A stretch of DNA of 64,000 bases from an uncultured Clostridiaceae bacterium. Its GTDB lineage: Bacteria > Bacillota > Clostridia > DUPQ01. Under the pieces are notes generated by a model, which did no database searches, was not told the DNA's origin, and was given only the letters and a program-made list of their open reading frames with translations. Where the stretch lies: positions 32,206 through 96,205 of the forward strand of contig CAZLVL010000009.1 of NCBI GenBank assembly GCA_964563155.1. Reading direction: 5' to 3'. Positions 20,333 through 30,607 of the stretch are shown piece by piece. The position numbers and the translations under genes were made by a program. Position 1 is the stretch's first letter. Every line of letters begins with the position of its first letter.

Positions 20333-21592
20333 TTAAGTTTTTAGATTATAGATCTTCTTAATCTCTTTTCCAAATGGAATCAAGGTAAATATGATGGTTA
20401 CAAATAGGACTAGGTTAAAGGCTGCTACAATGTAGGGTTCAAAGAAACGATCACCCAAAGCCCCAGACAAGAGTTGGCCTGTTATAGCACCTAACATGGT
20501 AAGCATTTGAAAGATTCCATTAAAACGGGCTCTAAGGGTATCTGGGAGGTAGGATTGGGTAGATGATATCCTTATGTTATAGGAGCTTACACTTAAAAAC
20601 CCTATAAGGAAATTTAGGATAAGCATAAAGGTAATTGAGGTAAACAAGAATACTGCAGACATAAGAGTAATAGAAAAATATATGTATATAGCTATTTTAA
20701 ACCTCTTTTCTTGAGGATATCTAAAGCGGTATTGTATAAGTCCACCTATTAGTCTTCCTCCTACAGCAAAGGCCATTACATATGTATAGAGCATTACACC
20801 TAAGTCAGGACTATTTTTAAAGTGGGGAAGAATTAAGGTCATAAAAGAAGAGTCCGCAAAAGACATAGCAACAAAAATGATAGTAATAGCTGCTAGGCCT
20901 TTTTCACTTTTTAAAAAGGATAAGCCCTTCTTAAAGTCTTGTAAATAGGTTTTAAATCCAAAATCTTTACTGGCATTTTTTTCTATGTGATCTTCCTTGG
21001 CCTTTATATTAGTTTCAAATATAGCAGCTATTAAAAAGGTTACTGCATTAAAAAGAAAAAGTGGAGCAATACTAAAGTTTTCATAAAAGTATGCTGCAAC
21101 AGGTACCATAACTGCAGATAAGGGATAGAGTATAGAGGATATGGAGTAGGCTTTAGAATAGTTTTCTTTTTTTACTACATTAGGAAAGAAGCTATCAAAG
21201 GCTAAGATATATGTACTATCAATTGAGCCTATGATAAGGGCTAATACTACAATAAGAGCATAATTGAGTTTGCCAAATAAGAGTAATAGAAAAATTGTAG
21301 TATAAAGACCAGCTGATACAAAGTCTAGAATGTATATTAGTTTTTTTCTAGAAAATCTATCTAAAAGTGGTCCTGAAAAAAGAGGTAACAAAATCTTAGG
21401 TAGGGTGTATAAAACTAGGGTTAAAGAATAGAGAAAGGTTGAGTTTGTAAAGTCTAAAATTAATAAACCAAGAGCAAAACCTGAAACGGCATTGCCCAAC
21501 ATTGAAATAGCACTTCCTATGGTTAATATAGTAAAGTCACGTGTCCATAATTTTGATTCCACAAATAAACCTCTTGAAAAATATTCTACCAC
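20333..21592 (-). CDS. MFS transporter
   Basis: 419 aa, about 12 predicted hydrophobic helices, N-terminal KLWTRDFTILTIGSAISMLGN typical of MFS_3/enterobactin-exporter-like proteins. GTG start is uncertain. Confidence 0.8.
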   Translation of the reverse strand: MVEYFSRGLFVESKLWTRDFTILTIGSAISMLGNAVSGFALGLLILDFTNSTFLYSLTLVLYTLPKILLPLFSGPLLDRFSRKKLIYILDFVSAGLYTTIFLLLLFGKLNYALIVVLALIIGSIDSTYILAFDSFFPNVVKKENYSKAYSISSILYPLSAVMVPVAAYFYENFSIAPLFLFNAVTFLIAAIFETNIKAKEDHIEKNASKDFGFKTYLQDFKKGLSFLKSEKGLAAITIIFVAMSFADSSFMTLILPHFKNSPDLGVMLYTYVMAFAVGGRLIGGLIQYRFRYPQEKRFKIAIYIYFSITLMSAVFLFTSITFMLILNFLIGFLSVSSYNIRISSTQSYLPDTLRARFNGIFQMLTMLGAITGQLLSGALGDRFFEPYIVAAFNLVLFVTIIFTLIPFGKEIKKIYNLKT

Positions 21593-21615
21593 CCTTATTT
21601 TTTTATATCAATTAG

Positions 21616-21643
21616 AATTCATCTTTTTCAATTCATCTTTTTC
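21616..21643. repeat. Perfect 14-bp tandem direct repeat in the MFS/ruvC divergent control region
   Basis: aattcatctttttc x2 (21616-21629, 21630-21643), a partial third unit, and a related atctttttcaa at 21666-21676. Confidence 0.8.
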
Positions 21644-21745
21644 AATTTACCTTTACTATTTTTTTATCTTTTTCAAGGCTTCTCTTTAGCCTTTGTTTTT
21701 TTATTGTCCCTTTATATCTTCCAATGATGATAAATAAGTAATACA

Positions 21746-21754
21746 TGTTATAAT
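21746..21754 (+). promoter_or_regulatory. Extended -10 promoter element upstream of ruvC
   Basis: TGTTATAAT (TGnTATAAT) 19 nt upstream of the ruvC ATG. RBS AAGGAGA follows. Confidence 0.4.
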
Positions 21755-21772
21755 TAAATCTAAGGAGAACTT

Positions 21773-22252
21773 ATGAAAATATTAGGAATAGATCCTGGTT
21801 TTGCCAGTATGGGATATGGGGTAATTCAATACAGAAATAATAAAGTAGAAATCTTAGAATATGGGGTAATTAAAACAACACCAGACCAAGTTTTTGAAAA
21901 GAGGCTACTTTATAATTTTTTAGGTCTGGAAGAAGTATTAGAAAAATACCAACCTGACCATGCAGCAATGGAGCAAGTTTTTTATAACACCAACCAAAAG
22001 ACGGTTATTAATGTTTGCCAGGCAAGGGGAGTGGCTGTTTTAGCTATAGCAAGACAAGATTTACCCTTTTATGAGTATACTCCTTTACAAATCAAACAAG
22101 CCATATGTGGATATGGAAGAGCTGATAAGAATCAGGTCCAACAAATGGTTAAGGTTATCGGTAACTTAAAGGATATACCCAAGCCAGATGATGCTGCAGA
22201 TGCATTAGCGGTGGCCATTTGTCATGCTCATTCATATAAAATGAAAGGATAG
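21773..22252 (+). CDS. ruvC: Crossover junction endodeoxyribonuclease RuvC
   Basis: ILGIDPG N-terminus, catalytic acidic residues (D7, MEQVF, DDAADALAVAICH), 159 aa. Confidence 0.92.
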   Translation: MKILGIDPGFASMGYGVIQYRNNKVEILEYGVIKTTPDQVFEKRLLYNFLGLEEVLEKYQPDHAAMEQVFYNTNQKTVINVCQARGVAVLAIARQDLPFYEYTPLQIKQAICGYGRADKNQVQQMVKVIGNLKDIPKPDDAADALAVAICHAHSYKMKG

Positions 22253-22265
22253 GTTAAGAAATTTT

Positions 22266-22847
22266 ATGTATGAATATATTAAAGGTAAGGTAGCCATAAA
22301 ACATCATGACTCTGTAGTTATAGAAAATGGGGGAATTGGTTACAGGATTTTTACCAGTTTAAACACCTTATCTCAATTAATTCTAGACCAAGAAGCTCAA
22401 CTTAATACCCACCTTCATGTTAGAGATGATGCAATGTTACTTTATGGTTTTGTTTGCAAAGAAGAACTTTATTTATTCCATATGCTAATAAGCATATCAG
22501 GAATTGGGCCTAAAGCAGCTCTATCTATTTTGTCAATTCATACCTTTCAAGATGTTGCAGCTGCAGTGGTTTCAGATGATGTAGCTTGTTTAACCAAGGC
22601 ACCAGGAATAGGTAAAAAAACTGCTATGAGAATAATATTAGAACTAAAAGATAAACTTAAGGGTGTTGAACTTGAGCCTATAAAAACTCAAAGTATAGCA
22701 GATGATAGCAAATACAATGAGGCTGTTACTGCTTTAATGGTTTTAGGATATAGCACCAAAGATGCTGGTCAAGCCCTAGCAAAAACCTATGATGACAAAG
22801 ACTCTTTACAAGATATAATTAAGAAGGCCCTAGCTGCTAAATTGTAA
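22266..22847 (+). CDS. ruvA: Holliday junction branch migration complex subunit RuvA
   Basis: [10 protein letters not shown]-terminus and two HhH motifs ([22 protein letters not shown]). Confidence 0.92.
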   Translation: MYEYIKGKVAIKHHDSVVIENGGIGYRIFTSLNTLSQLILDQEAQLNTHLHVRDDAMLLYGFVCKEELYLFHMLISISGIGPKAALSILSIHTFQDVAAAVVSDDVACLTKAPGIGKKTAMRIILELKDKLKGVELEPIKTQSIADDSKYNEAVTALMVLGYSTKDAGQALAKTYDDKDSLQDIIKKALAAKL

Positions 22848-22890
22848 AAGAAAAGGAAATAAACATAACTACTATAATACGAGGACAAAA

Positions 22891-23892
22891 ATGGAAGAAG
22901 AAAGATTTGTAACACCAACCTTTATAAATAATGACCAATACGAAGTTGGCTTGAGACCAAAGGTTTTTGAAGAGTATTTTGGTCAAGAGAAAATCAAAGA
23001 CAATCTCAAGGTATTTATTACTGCTGCTAAACAAAGAAAAGAACCCATTGACCATGTCCTTTTAGCAGGACCTCCAGGCTTGGGAAAAACCACCTTAGCT
23101 GGAATTATAGCTTCTGAGATGGGAGTAAATATTAGGGTAACATCTGGGCCTGCCATTGAAAAGGCAGGGGATGTAGCTGCAATATTGACCAATATGGATG
23201 AAAATGAAATCTTGTTTATTGATGAAATACATAGATTAAATAGAACTGTAGAAGAAATATTGTATCCTGCTATGGAAGACTTTGCCTTAGACATAATCAT
23301 AGGTAAAGGGCCTAGTGCAAAAACCATAAGACTGGATTTAAATAGATTTACCTTAATTGGAGCAACTACTAAAACAGGTATGCTTTCTTCTCCTTTAAGA
23401 GATAGATTTGGAGTTACTTGCAAACTAGAGATGTATAGTGTTGATGAGTTATCCCAAATAGTTGAAAGAAGTGCCAGAATATTGGGTATTAAGGTAAACC
23501 AATATGGGGCAACTGAAATTGCAAGAAGATCTCGTGGTACCCCAAGAATAGCTAATAGGTTATTAAGAAGAATTAGAGACTTTGCTCAAGTGGAAGGTCT
23601 AGATGTTATAACCAGTGAAATTGCTGATTTTGGCTTAGAAAAGCTAGAAATTGACAAGCTAGGCTTGGATACTACAGATATTGAAATACTAGATACAATT
23701 ATAAATAAGTTTGGTGGAGGACCGGTTGGATTGGATACCATGGCGGCTTCTATTAATGAAGAAAAAGATACCATAGAAGATGTCTATGAACCCTACTTAT
23801 TGCAATTAGGATTTTTGCAAAAAACACCAAAGGGAAGATGTGCCACTGTGGCAGCTTACAAGCATTTAGGTGTGAAATATGAAGAAAAATAA
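22891..23892 (+). CDS. ruvB: Holliday junction branch migration DNA helicase RuvB
   Basis: [13 protein letters not shown], Walker [12 protein letters not shown], Walker [23 protein letters not shown]. Confidence 0.96.
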   Translation: MEEERFVTPTFINNDQYEVGLRPKVFEEYFGQEKIKDNLKVFITAAKQRKEPIDHVLLAGPPGLGKTTLAGIIASEMGVNIRVTSGPAIEKAGDVAAILTNMDENEILFIDEIHRLNRTVEEILYPAMEDFALDIIIGKGPSAKTIRLDLNRFTLIGATTKTGMLSSPLRDRFGVTCKLEMYSVDELSQIVERSARILGIKVNQYGATEIARRSRGTPRIANRLLRRIRDFAQVEGLDVITSEIADFGLEKLEIDKLGLDTTDIEILDTIINKFGGGPVGLDTMAASINEEKDTIEDVYEPYLLQLGFLQKTPKGRCATVAAYKHLGVKYEEK

Positions 23893-24415
23893 GGTCTTAA
23901 TGCATACTTGCTGTGCTCCATGTTTGGTTTATGTACAAGATAAACTAGAAGAGTTAAAGGTTGATTATGATGTCTTTTTTTACAACCCCAACATTCATCC
24001 TATTATGGAACATGAAAGAAGACTAAAGACTCTAGTGGATTACACACAAAAAAATAATTTAGAATTGATAATTGATCCAGAATTTCAACAAGAACTTTGG
24101 ACAGAAAACTTTAAATGTGTTGACTGCTATAATCTTAGGTTTGAAAAAACTGCTAAGACAGCTAAAGAAATGGGTTATAAGGCCTTTTGCACAACTCTTT
24201 TAGTTAGTATCTATCAAGATCATGAAGAAATTATTAAAATATGCGAACAAGTTGCAAAAAAGTATGATATTGATTTTTTCTATTACGACTTTAGAGAAGG
24301 TTTTAGGCAAGGTCAAAAAAAGGCTGCAGACCTAGGTCTTTATAGGCAAAAGTACTGTGGTTGTATCAATTCATACAATAAATCAAAGTTTAAAGATAAG
24401 ATTAGATGGGATTAA
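23879..24415 (+). CDS. queH: Epoxyqueuosine reductase QueH (DUF208)
   Basis: MHTCCAPC N-terminal cysteine motif and C-terminal YCGC. 178 aa. Overlaps the ruvB 3' end. Confidence 0.85.
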   Translation: MKKNKVLMHTCCAPCLVYVQDKLEELKVDYDVFFYNPNIHPIMEHERRLKTLVDYTQKNNLELIIDPEFQQELWTENFKCVDCYNLRFEKTAKTAKEMGYKAFCTTLLVSIYQDHEEIIKICEQVAKKYDIDFFYYDFREGFRQGQKKAADLGLYRQKYCGCINSYNKSKFKDKIRWD

Positions 24416-24418
24416 GAA

Positions 24419-25645
24419 ATGAAAGTAAGATTATTTGATAAGAATAGGATATATCTCTTTGATGGCTCCAAGGGCTCTATGCTTTTAAAATATGGTATGC
24501 AACCGGGGGAGTTAGCTGAAAATTATAATTTAGAAAAAGAAGATATTGTTTTACGCATATATAAAGAATATTGTGATGCTGGAAGTGACATAATCCAGAC
24601 CAATACCCTATGTGCTAACAGAATGACTTTAGCTCAACATGGACTTGAAGATAAACTAGACTTAATTAATAAAAAATCTATAGATTTGGCAAGAAAAGCA
24701 ATAGGTGATAGAGATATCTTGGTTGCAGCTTCTATTGGCCCTTTACCTGAGCTTGTTTATCCATCAGGAAGTTTAAGCTTTGATGAAGCTTATGACCTAT
24801 TTAAAGAGCAAATTTTAGCCTGTAAAGATGCTGATTTGCTAAATTTTGAGACCTTTACCGATCTTAAACAAATGAGAATTGCCCTTATAGCTAATAGAGA
24901 TACTGTTAATTTGCCAGTTGTAGCCAATATGACCTTTGAGCAAAATAACATGACTCTTATGGGTCAATCTCCCTTTATCTGTTCAGGTATATTAAAGAAA
25001 ATTGGTGCTGATGTAGTTGGAGTAAATTGCTCCAATGGGCCAGATAAAATGGATAGAATTTTAACTGACATTTCTAAGTTTGAAGATTTTACCTGTGTTA
25101 AACCCAATGCTGGAATGCCTCATATGAAAGATGGCCTAGTATATTATGACCAAGATAGTCCAACCTTTTGCATGAACATGAAGAGTCTTTTAAAATATAA
25201 CTTAGGTATTACTGGAGGCTGTTGTGGTACAAGTCCTGAATATATTAAAGATTTAAACTATATAAAAAAAGAGAGTAGACAAGTCACTATTAAGACAGAT
25301 CAATCAAATTATTTGTTTTCTCAGTTTTCTTATCTGGATATAGATAAAGATTACTTAAAATATGTTTTAGATTTAGATGGTCAAACAGAAGATGACTTTG
25401 TGGATTTAGCTTATGATATTTTAGACTCTCATGAAGATGTGGTAGTGGTTACCTATAGGGGAGAATCAAAAGAATATATAATTAAATTTGTAGAAGAGTG
25501 CCAAGATATAATTAAAAAGCCAATTATTTTTAATATTTATGATCAAGCAGTTCTAAAAACTGCCCTAAAATATTATTGTGGTATAGCTGGTTATACTAAA
25601 GATATGGAATCTGTTTATGGGGCCTTACATGTTAATCTTTCTTAG
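24419..25645 (+). CDS. Homocysteine S-methyltransferase domain protein with extra C-terminal region
   Basis: Hcy-binding domain with zinc ligands VGVNCS and GGCCGT (about aa 1-290), then about 115 aa with no motif I recognise. Confidence 0.8.
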   Translation: MKVRLFDKNRIYLFDGSKGSMLLKYGMQPGELAENYNLEKEDIVLRIYKEYCDAGSDIIQTNTLCANRMTLAQHGLEDKLDLINKKSIDLARKAIGDRDILVAASIGPLPELVYPSGSLSFDEAYDLFKEQILACKDADLLNFETFTDLKQMRIALIANRDTVNLPVVANMTFEQNNMTLMGQSPFICSGILKKIGADVVGVNCSNGPDKMDRILTDISKFEDFTCVKPNAGMPHMKDGLVYYDQDSPTFCMNMKSLLKYNLGITGGCCGTSPEYIKDLNYIKKESRQVTIKTDQSNYLFSQFSYLDIDKDYLKYVLDLDGQTEDDFVDLAYDILDSHEDVVVVTYRGESKEYIIKFVEECQDIIKKPIIFNIYDQAVLKTALKYYCGIAGYTKDMESVYGALHVNLS

Positions 25646-27491
25646 CTAACTCTAAGGTGAAGTAAAAGGTTGAGCCATCATTTATTTCGCTTTCTACACC
25701 TATAGTTTGATTCATTTGGTTTAAGGTTTCTTTTGCAATAGCAAGACCTAAGCCAAAGCCTTTAGATGATCTAGATGTATCTACCTTATAAAATCTATCG
25801 AAGACATGCTCTATAGTTTCTTTACTAATCCCAATACCATAATCTTTTACCATGACCTTGCAAATATCATCTTCTATTTCTGCACTAATTTCTATTAAGA
25901 TACCTTTTTCCTTTTTAGCTTGTTTTTTTCTTAGCCCACTAGTCTGATTAGAAGCTAATTCCAAAGTGTCATCTTGTTTAGAGAATTTAATTGCATTTTC
26001 TAAAAGTATGGTTAAAACATGGTCAATTCTATCTATATTACCATTTATGTAGATAGAATCTTCTATAAGAGACTTGATGATAATATTTTGTCCCTTATGT
26101 AAAAGGGTGTAACGCTCAATAATGTTATAGACTAATTCTTGCAGATTTATAATGCTAGTAGAAAAAGGATCTGTAGAAGATTGGAGTCTGGATAAAATTA
26201 GCAGGTCATTTATAAGTCTATTTAATCTATTTACTTCGTTGTAAATCAAGTTATAATATTTTTCTTTTCTTTCTTCATCTTCAATAAGTCCATCTTTTAG
26301 CGGTTCAACCAAGCCCATAATACCTGTAAGTGGTGTTTTTAATTCATGAGAAACATTGGCAACATAATCTCTTCTGGTTTGTTCTAGTCGGTATTCTTTT
26401 GTGGTGTCTGAAAAGATTCCCATAGCACCTATAACTACATTTTCCACCATGAGAGGATTTATAATTGATAAGATTATCTTATCTTCAAATCTAAAGATGT
26501 TGGTAATTTCCATATTATTCTCTATAGACTTTTCAAAGTCATCCCAAATTTCTTGTATGGGTATAATCATATCTTTTTCTGTTTCCAAGTTAGAGGACTT
26601 AAAAAGATTAGAAATAGCAGGATTTTTAAGCATAATATTTCCATGAGTATCAAGAGCCAATATACCTTCATTCATGGTGTTTAAAACCCCTTGTAGCACA
26701 TTGGTTTCTCGTGTTAAGTGCAAAATTGTCCTAGATAATCTACTGGCTAGATAATTCATGGTTTTTGCCAGCTGGCCAATTTCGTTGGGGTATTCTTCAT
26801 TTGCCTTAATTGTAAAGTTACCATCAGCCATTTTTAAGGCAGTATTTTCAATTTCTTTTAAGGGTTTTGTTATAGATTTAGAGAATAAATAAACAGGGAA
26901 GAGGGTTAAAAAGGCCACAATTGCCATAATTATACTTAAAGAGTAGTTTATGCTCTTATATGAAGCATCATAGTCTTCTACATATTTACAAATAGTTAAA
27001 ACTGCTTCAACTTGATTCTGCTCAGATAAAATGGGCCTTATAATAACTATCATTTCAGTATCAAAGTCATCAAATTTTTCAACCAACACTATATTTTGAC
27101 CAGCAACAGCCTTCTTGAAATATTCTTTAAGTTGGCTGGCATAGAAATAGTCCATTTTCCTTTTGTTCATGGTGTAATCATCTGGTGTGTATGAATAAGT
27201 CTCTATATTAAAACGATCTGCAACCACAACATAGGAACTGAGCAAGGTGGACTCAACCTGAATAACCTTAGAAAAAAAGCCAATAAGATAGTCCTTATTG
27301 CTCCATTCATTTTGTATTAAATAGGCTAAAAGATCACTTTCTTCTCTTAGCTTATCCAATTGATGTTTTGCAAAAAGAGATTTTGCAGCCATATTGTATA
27401 TGATACTGGTTGCAATTAAGGAAATAACTAGAACAGTTAAAACCAAAAGCATTATTTTTACAAATAGGGGTCTATACTTAAACATCTTCAT
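25632..27491 (-). CDS. Sensor histidine kinase (2 TM, HAMP, PAS-like, HisKA, HATPase_c)
   Basis: H-box SHELKTPLT, N-box LLENAIKFS, G1 DYGIGI, G2 GFGLGLAI. N-terminal TM helix and a second TM before the HAMP domain. Confidence 0.9.
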   Translation of the reverse strand: MKMFKYRPLFVKIMLLVLTVLVISLIATSIIYNMAAKSLFAKHQLDKLREESDLLAYLIQNEWSNKDYLIGFFSKVIQVESTLLSSYVVVADRFNIETYSYTPDDYTMNKRKMDYFYASQLKEYFKKAVAGQNIVLVEKFDDFDTEMIVIIRPILSEQNQVEAVLTICKYVEDYDASYKSINYSLSIIMAIVAFLTLFPVYLFSKSITKPLKEIENTALKMADGNFTIKANEEYPNEIGQLAKTMNYLASRLSRTILHLTRETNVLQGVLNTMNEGILALDTHGNIMLKNPAISNLFKSSNLETEKDMIIPIQEIWDDFEKSIENNMEITNIFRFEDKIILSIINPLMVENVVIGAMGIFSDTTKEYRLEQTRRDYVANVSHELKTPLTGIMGLVEPLKDGLIEDEERKEKYYNLIYNEVNRLNRLINDLLILSRLQSSTDPFSTSIINLQELVYNIIERYTLLHKGQNIIIKSLIEDSIYINGNIDRIDHVLTILLENAIKFSKQDDTLELASNQTSGLRKKQAKKEKGILIEISAEIEDDICKVMVKDYGIGISKETIEHVFDRFYKVDTSRSSKGFGLGLAIAKETLNQMNQTIGVESEINDGSTFYFTLELAKKD

Positions 27492-28179
27492 TTATACAAT
27501 CAAACTTGTAGCCCATGCCATAAACTGTCTGGATACAAGACTCTACATAGGGGGTAAGCTTTGCCCTTATTCTTTTAATGTGAGTATCTACCGTCCTAGT
27601 ATCCTTAGCATATTCAAAGCCCCAAACACTTTTCATAATATCACTACGGGTAAAGACTTTTTTAGGATTATTCATTAAAAGAAACAAAACCTCAATTTCT
27701 TTAGGAGTTGCATGAACAATTTGTCCATCAACAATTAAAGTATACCTGCTTAAATCAACTTCAACTTTTTCAAATGAAATTTTCTTGTCATCGCTACGAC
27801 CATCTTTTTTCTTGCTTCTACTTACAATGGCCCTTATCCTAGCTATGACCTCCATGGAAGAAAAAGGTTTAGTAATATAGTCATCTGCGCCTAGCTCAAA
27901 GCCTAAAAGGGTATCAATTTCTTCTGATTTTGCAGTTAACATTATGATTGGTATATCGCTTTTGCTTCTTATCCTTTTGCAGACCTCAATTCCATCTAAA
28001 TAGGGCATCATAATATCTAGAATAATCAAATCAAATTTATCTTCATTACTCTTAAAGATATTCAAACAATCCCTACCATTGTAGGCAGAAACAAAAGAGA
28101 TGTTGTATTTCTCGAAATAAACACCTAGGGCTTCATGTACTATTGGGTCGTCATCACATAATAAAATTTTAAGATTCAT
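27478..28179 (-). CDS. OmpR-family response regulator
   Basis: Receiver domain (LLCDDD, LIILDIMMP, LTAK) and a winged-helix output domain (VDTHIKRIRAKL). Overlaps the kinase start by 14 nt. Confidence 0.93.
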   Translation of the reverse strand: MNLKILLCDDDPIVHEALGVYFEKYNISFVSAYNGRDCLNIFKSNEDKFDLIILDIMMPYLDGIEVCKRIRSKSDIPIIMLTAKSEEIDTLLGFELGADDYITKPFSSMEVIARIRAIVSRSKKKDGRSDDKKISFEKVEVDLSRYTLIVDGQIVHATPKEIEVLFLLMNNPKKVFTRSDIMKSVWGFEYAKDTRTVDTHIKRIRAKLTPYVESCIQTVYGMGYKFDCINEDV

Positions 28180-28323
28180 TTACTTAAGCTGTTTCTTTTA
28201 ATTATATCAAAAGAAAGAAAACATACAATAGAAAATATTTTATAAGAAAAGGTGATGAATTGAAAAAGTAATTTTAAAAATGTAAAACTCTTAAAAAGTA
28301 AGTATTAAAGTATTAAGAAATGT

Positions 28324-29022
28324 CTAAGGCAATGTAAGAGTAGTAAATAAACCGGATATCTCATTTTTGCTGTTAAAAGCAATGTTGTAATATACTGTTT
28401 GATTATCTCCATGTATTACAGGATAAGATAGAACAGTATATTCTTCAATATATATTTTAATAGGATCTTCTATTTCTCTTATTTGACCATATTTTCTTAG
28501 AGTTTTATTCATGGATTGAGAATACAAGTTCTTGCTAACAAATTTTTTCATATTATTGCTAACAGTATAATTTGTAATCATTTTATCAAATTCTTTATTA
28601 GTAAAATCGCTTATGTAATGTTCTGCTTTACTTTCAATAGTGTTATAAACACCATTTAATGCATATGGGGTGCTTTTATAGAAATATGAGATTATAAATA
28701 TGATAAAAACGGATCCTATGATACTAACCTTAACTATTGCATTGATTTTTTTATTCTTAAATATAAGTGTAATAATTGCAATCAATGAAATTGAAATTAA
28801 GATTAATAAAATTCCTAGTAAAATCCTATTGCTAATGATTAGAGATTTAAACATGCTTAAATTACCATCTCTTATAACTTTTGGCGTATCATAATCACCA
28901 ATTTTAATATTTTTTAAATTTCCGCTTGCAGTAAGTATTGCATACATTATGCCTAACATAAGTGACAAAGGCAGAACTTTGGACAAAAAATCTTCCATAA
29001 ATCTGGATGAAAATTTCTTCAT
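28324..29022 (-). CDS. Membrane protein with DUF3887-like extracytoplasmic C-terminal domain
   Basis: Three hydrophobic helices. The C-terminal about 110 aa (FDKMITNY...YGQIREIE...YNIAFNSKNEISGLF) resembles DUF3887. Lies directly upstream of the RR/HK genes on the same strand. Confidence 0.5.
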   Translation of the reverse strand: MKKFSSRFMEDFLSKVLPLSLMLGIMYAILTASGNLKNIKIGDYDTPKVIRDGNLSMFKSLIISNRILLGILLILISISLIAIITLIFKNKKINAIVKVSIIGSVFIIFIISYFYKSTPYALNGVYNTIESKAEHYISDFTNKEFDKMITNYTVSNNMKKFVSKNLYSQSMNKTLRKYGQIREIEDPIKIYIEEYTVLSYPVIHGDNQTVYYNIAFNSKNEISGLFTTLTLP

Positions 29023-29203
29023 AATAAACTTTCTCTCTTAAAATATTATTCTCAATAACTATTATTACACATTATTCATTATATATAAAGTTTTTATGAA
29101 TTAACAAAAGAAGGTTGTACCAAAAAGACGATGAATAAAGATATAAAGAAAAACCAAGTTGACTGCTATATTATACTTTTTAGTGTTATAATATTTTGTG
29201 ATA

Positions 29204-30559
29204 ATGTTAAAGGAAGTAAGGGATTTGCGAAAATATAATTTTGACAGAAAAATCAACAGAAACAACACTAATTCAATTAAATATGACTTTCCAGAGGACT
29301 ATGGCTATACAAAAGAACACATACCCTTATGGGTTGCAGACATGGATTTTCCTGTGGCAGAAGAGATTAAATCGGTTATAAGCTCTATTAACTCCATGGG
29401 TATCTATGGCTATACTGGGATGTCTAATTACTACTATGAAGTGCTAGCAAAGTGGATGAGAAAAGAGCATAACTACAAGATTGAAAGAGAATGGTGCTTT
29501 GTTTTACCAGGGGTAATGTTTGCAATTTCAACAGCTATTCGAGCTTTTTCAGAAGAAGGGGATGCAATAATGGTTCAGACCCCAGTTTATTCTCCTTTTT
29601 ACAAAGTTATAGAAAACAACAATCGAGTAATAGTGGGAAATTCCTTGGTCTATGAAAATGGAGAATACTTTGTAGATTATGTAGACTTTGAAAACAAGAT
29701 AAAAGAAAACAATGTAAAAATCTTTCTTCTTTCTAATCCTCACAATCCTGTTGGTAAGGTTTTTACAAAAAATGAACTAATTAGAATGGCTCACATATGT
29801 TGTAAATACAAGGTCTTAGTGGTAAGTGATGAGATACACCAAGACTTTATATATGAACCTCACACCCATACTGTTTTGGCAAACTTAAATGAAAAGTTTG
29901 AAAACAATTGTGTTATTTGCACCTCTCCCAGTAAAACCTTTAATATTGCTGGGCTAAAGGTATCCAACACCTTTATTGCCAATCCTAAATTAAGAAAACT
30001 TTATGATGATACCCTAAAGGCTTGTTACAATGGGGGAGTTAACACCCTAGGTATGGCAGCTTGTGTTGCAGCCTATTCTTCATCTGGTACATGGTTAAAG
30101 CAGGTTAAGACATATATTAAAAAGAACTTAGATTATGTAACTTCTTTTATTGAAAAAAATACTCCAAAAATAAAGGTTGTTAAACCTCAAGGAACATATT
30201 TGATGTGGCTAGACTGCCATGATATGGGACTTAGTCCACAAGAGATTGATGACTTTTTTAAAGATGATGCAAAGCTTTGGTTTAATATAGGTCAGCGTTT
30301 TGGAAAAGATGGTGAATACTTCCAAAGAATTAATCTAGCTACTGGTAAATATCGCTTAGAAGAAGCAATGGAGCGGATGAAAAAAGCCTATGATCATTTA
30401 TATAAAGAAGAGCTAGAGGAAAAAGATGTAGAAAATGAAGTTGATGAGATTGATGAAGTAGAAGAAGATGATGAACTTTTAGAGGCTAAAGAAATAGAGG
30501 AGATTGAAAAAGAGTTTATTGAATGCCTTTATGCCAGTGAAGAAGAGGATGAAGAATAG
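29204..30559 (+). CDS. PatB/MalY-type PLP-dependent C-S lyase (aminotransferase class I/II) with acidic C-terminal tail
   Basis: YNFDRKINRNNTNSIKYDF N-terminus, PLP lysine motif SPSKTFNIAG. ATG 29204 or GTG 29198 as start, with no clear SD. Confidence 0.85.
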   Translation: MLKEVRDLRKYNFDRKINRNNTNSIKYDFPEDYGYTKEHIPLWVADMDFPVAEEIKSVISSINSMGIYGYTGMSNYYYEVLAKWMRKEHNYKIEREWCFVLPGVMFAISTAIRAFSEEGDAIMVQTPVYSPFYKVIENNNRVIVGNSLVYENGEYFVDYVDFENKIKENNVKIFLLSNPHNPVGKVFTKNELIRMAHICCKYKVLVVSDEIHQDFIYEPHTHTVLANLNEKFENNCVICTSPSKTFNIAGLKVSNTFIANPKLRKLYDDTLKACYNGGVNTLGMAACVAAYSSSGTWLKQVKTYIKKNLDYVTSFIEKNTPKIKVVKPQGTYLMWLDCHDMGLSPQEIDDFFKDDAKLWFNIGQRFGKDGEYFQRINLATGKYRLEEAMERMKKAYDHLYKEELEEKDVENEVDEIDEVEEDDELLEAKEIEEIEKEFIECLYASEEEDEE

Positions 30560-30578
30560 TTAAAAGAGGGTGTTTTAT

Positions 30579-30607
30579 TGACTTATAGCCATAAAAACCC
30601 TATTATA
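30579..30607 (+). promoter_or_regulatory. Sigma-A type promoter for serS
   Basis: TTGACT (30579-30584), a 17-nt spacer, then TATTAT (30602-30607). Confidence 0.5.

Noticed and set aside
22983-23423. 146-aa minus-strand ORF antisense to ruvB
   Set aside because: Shadow ORF within a highly conserved gene. Low-complexity translation with no start context.
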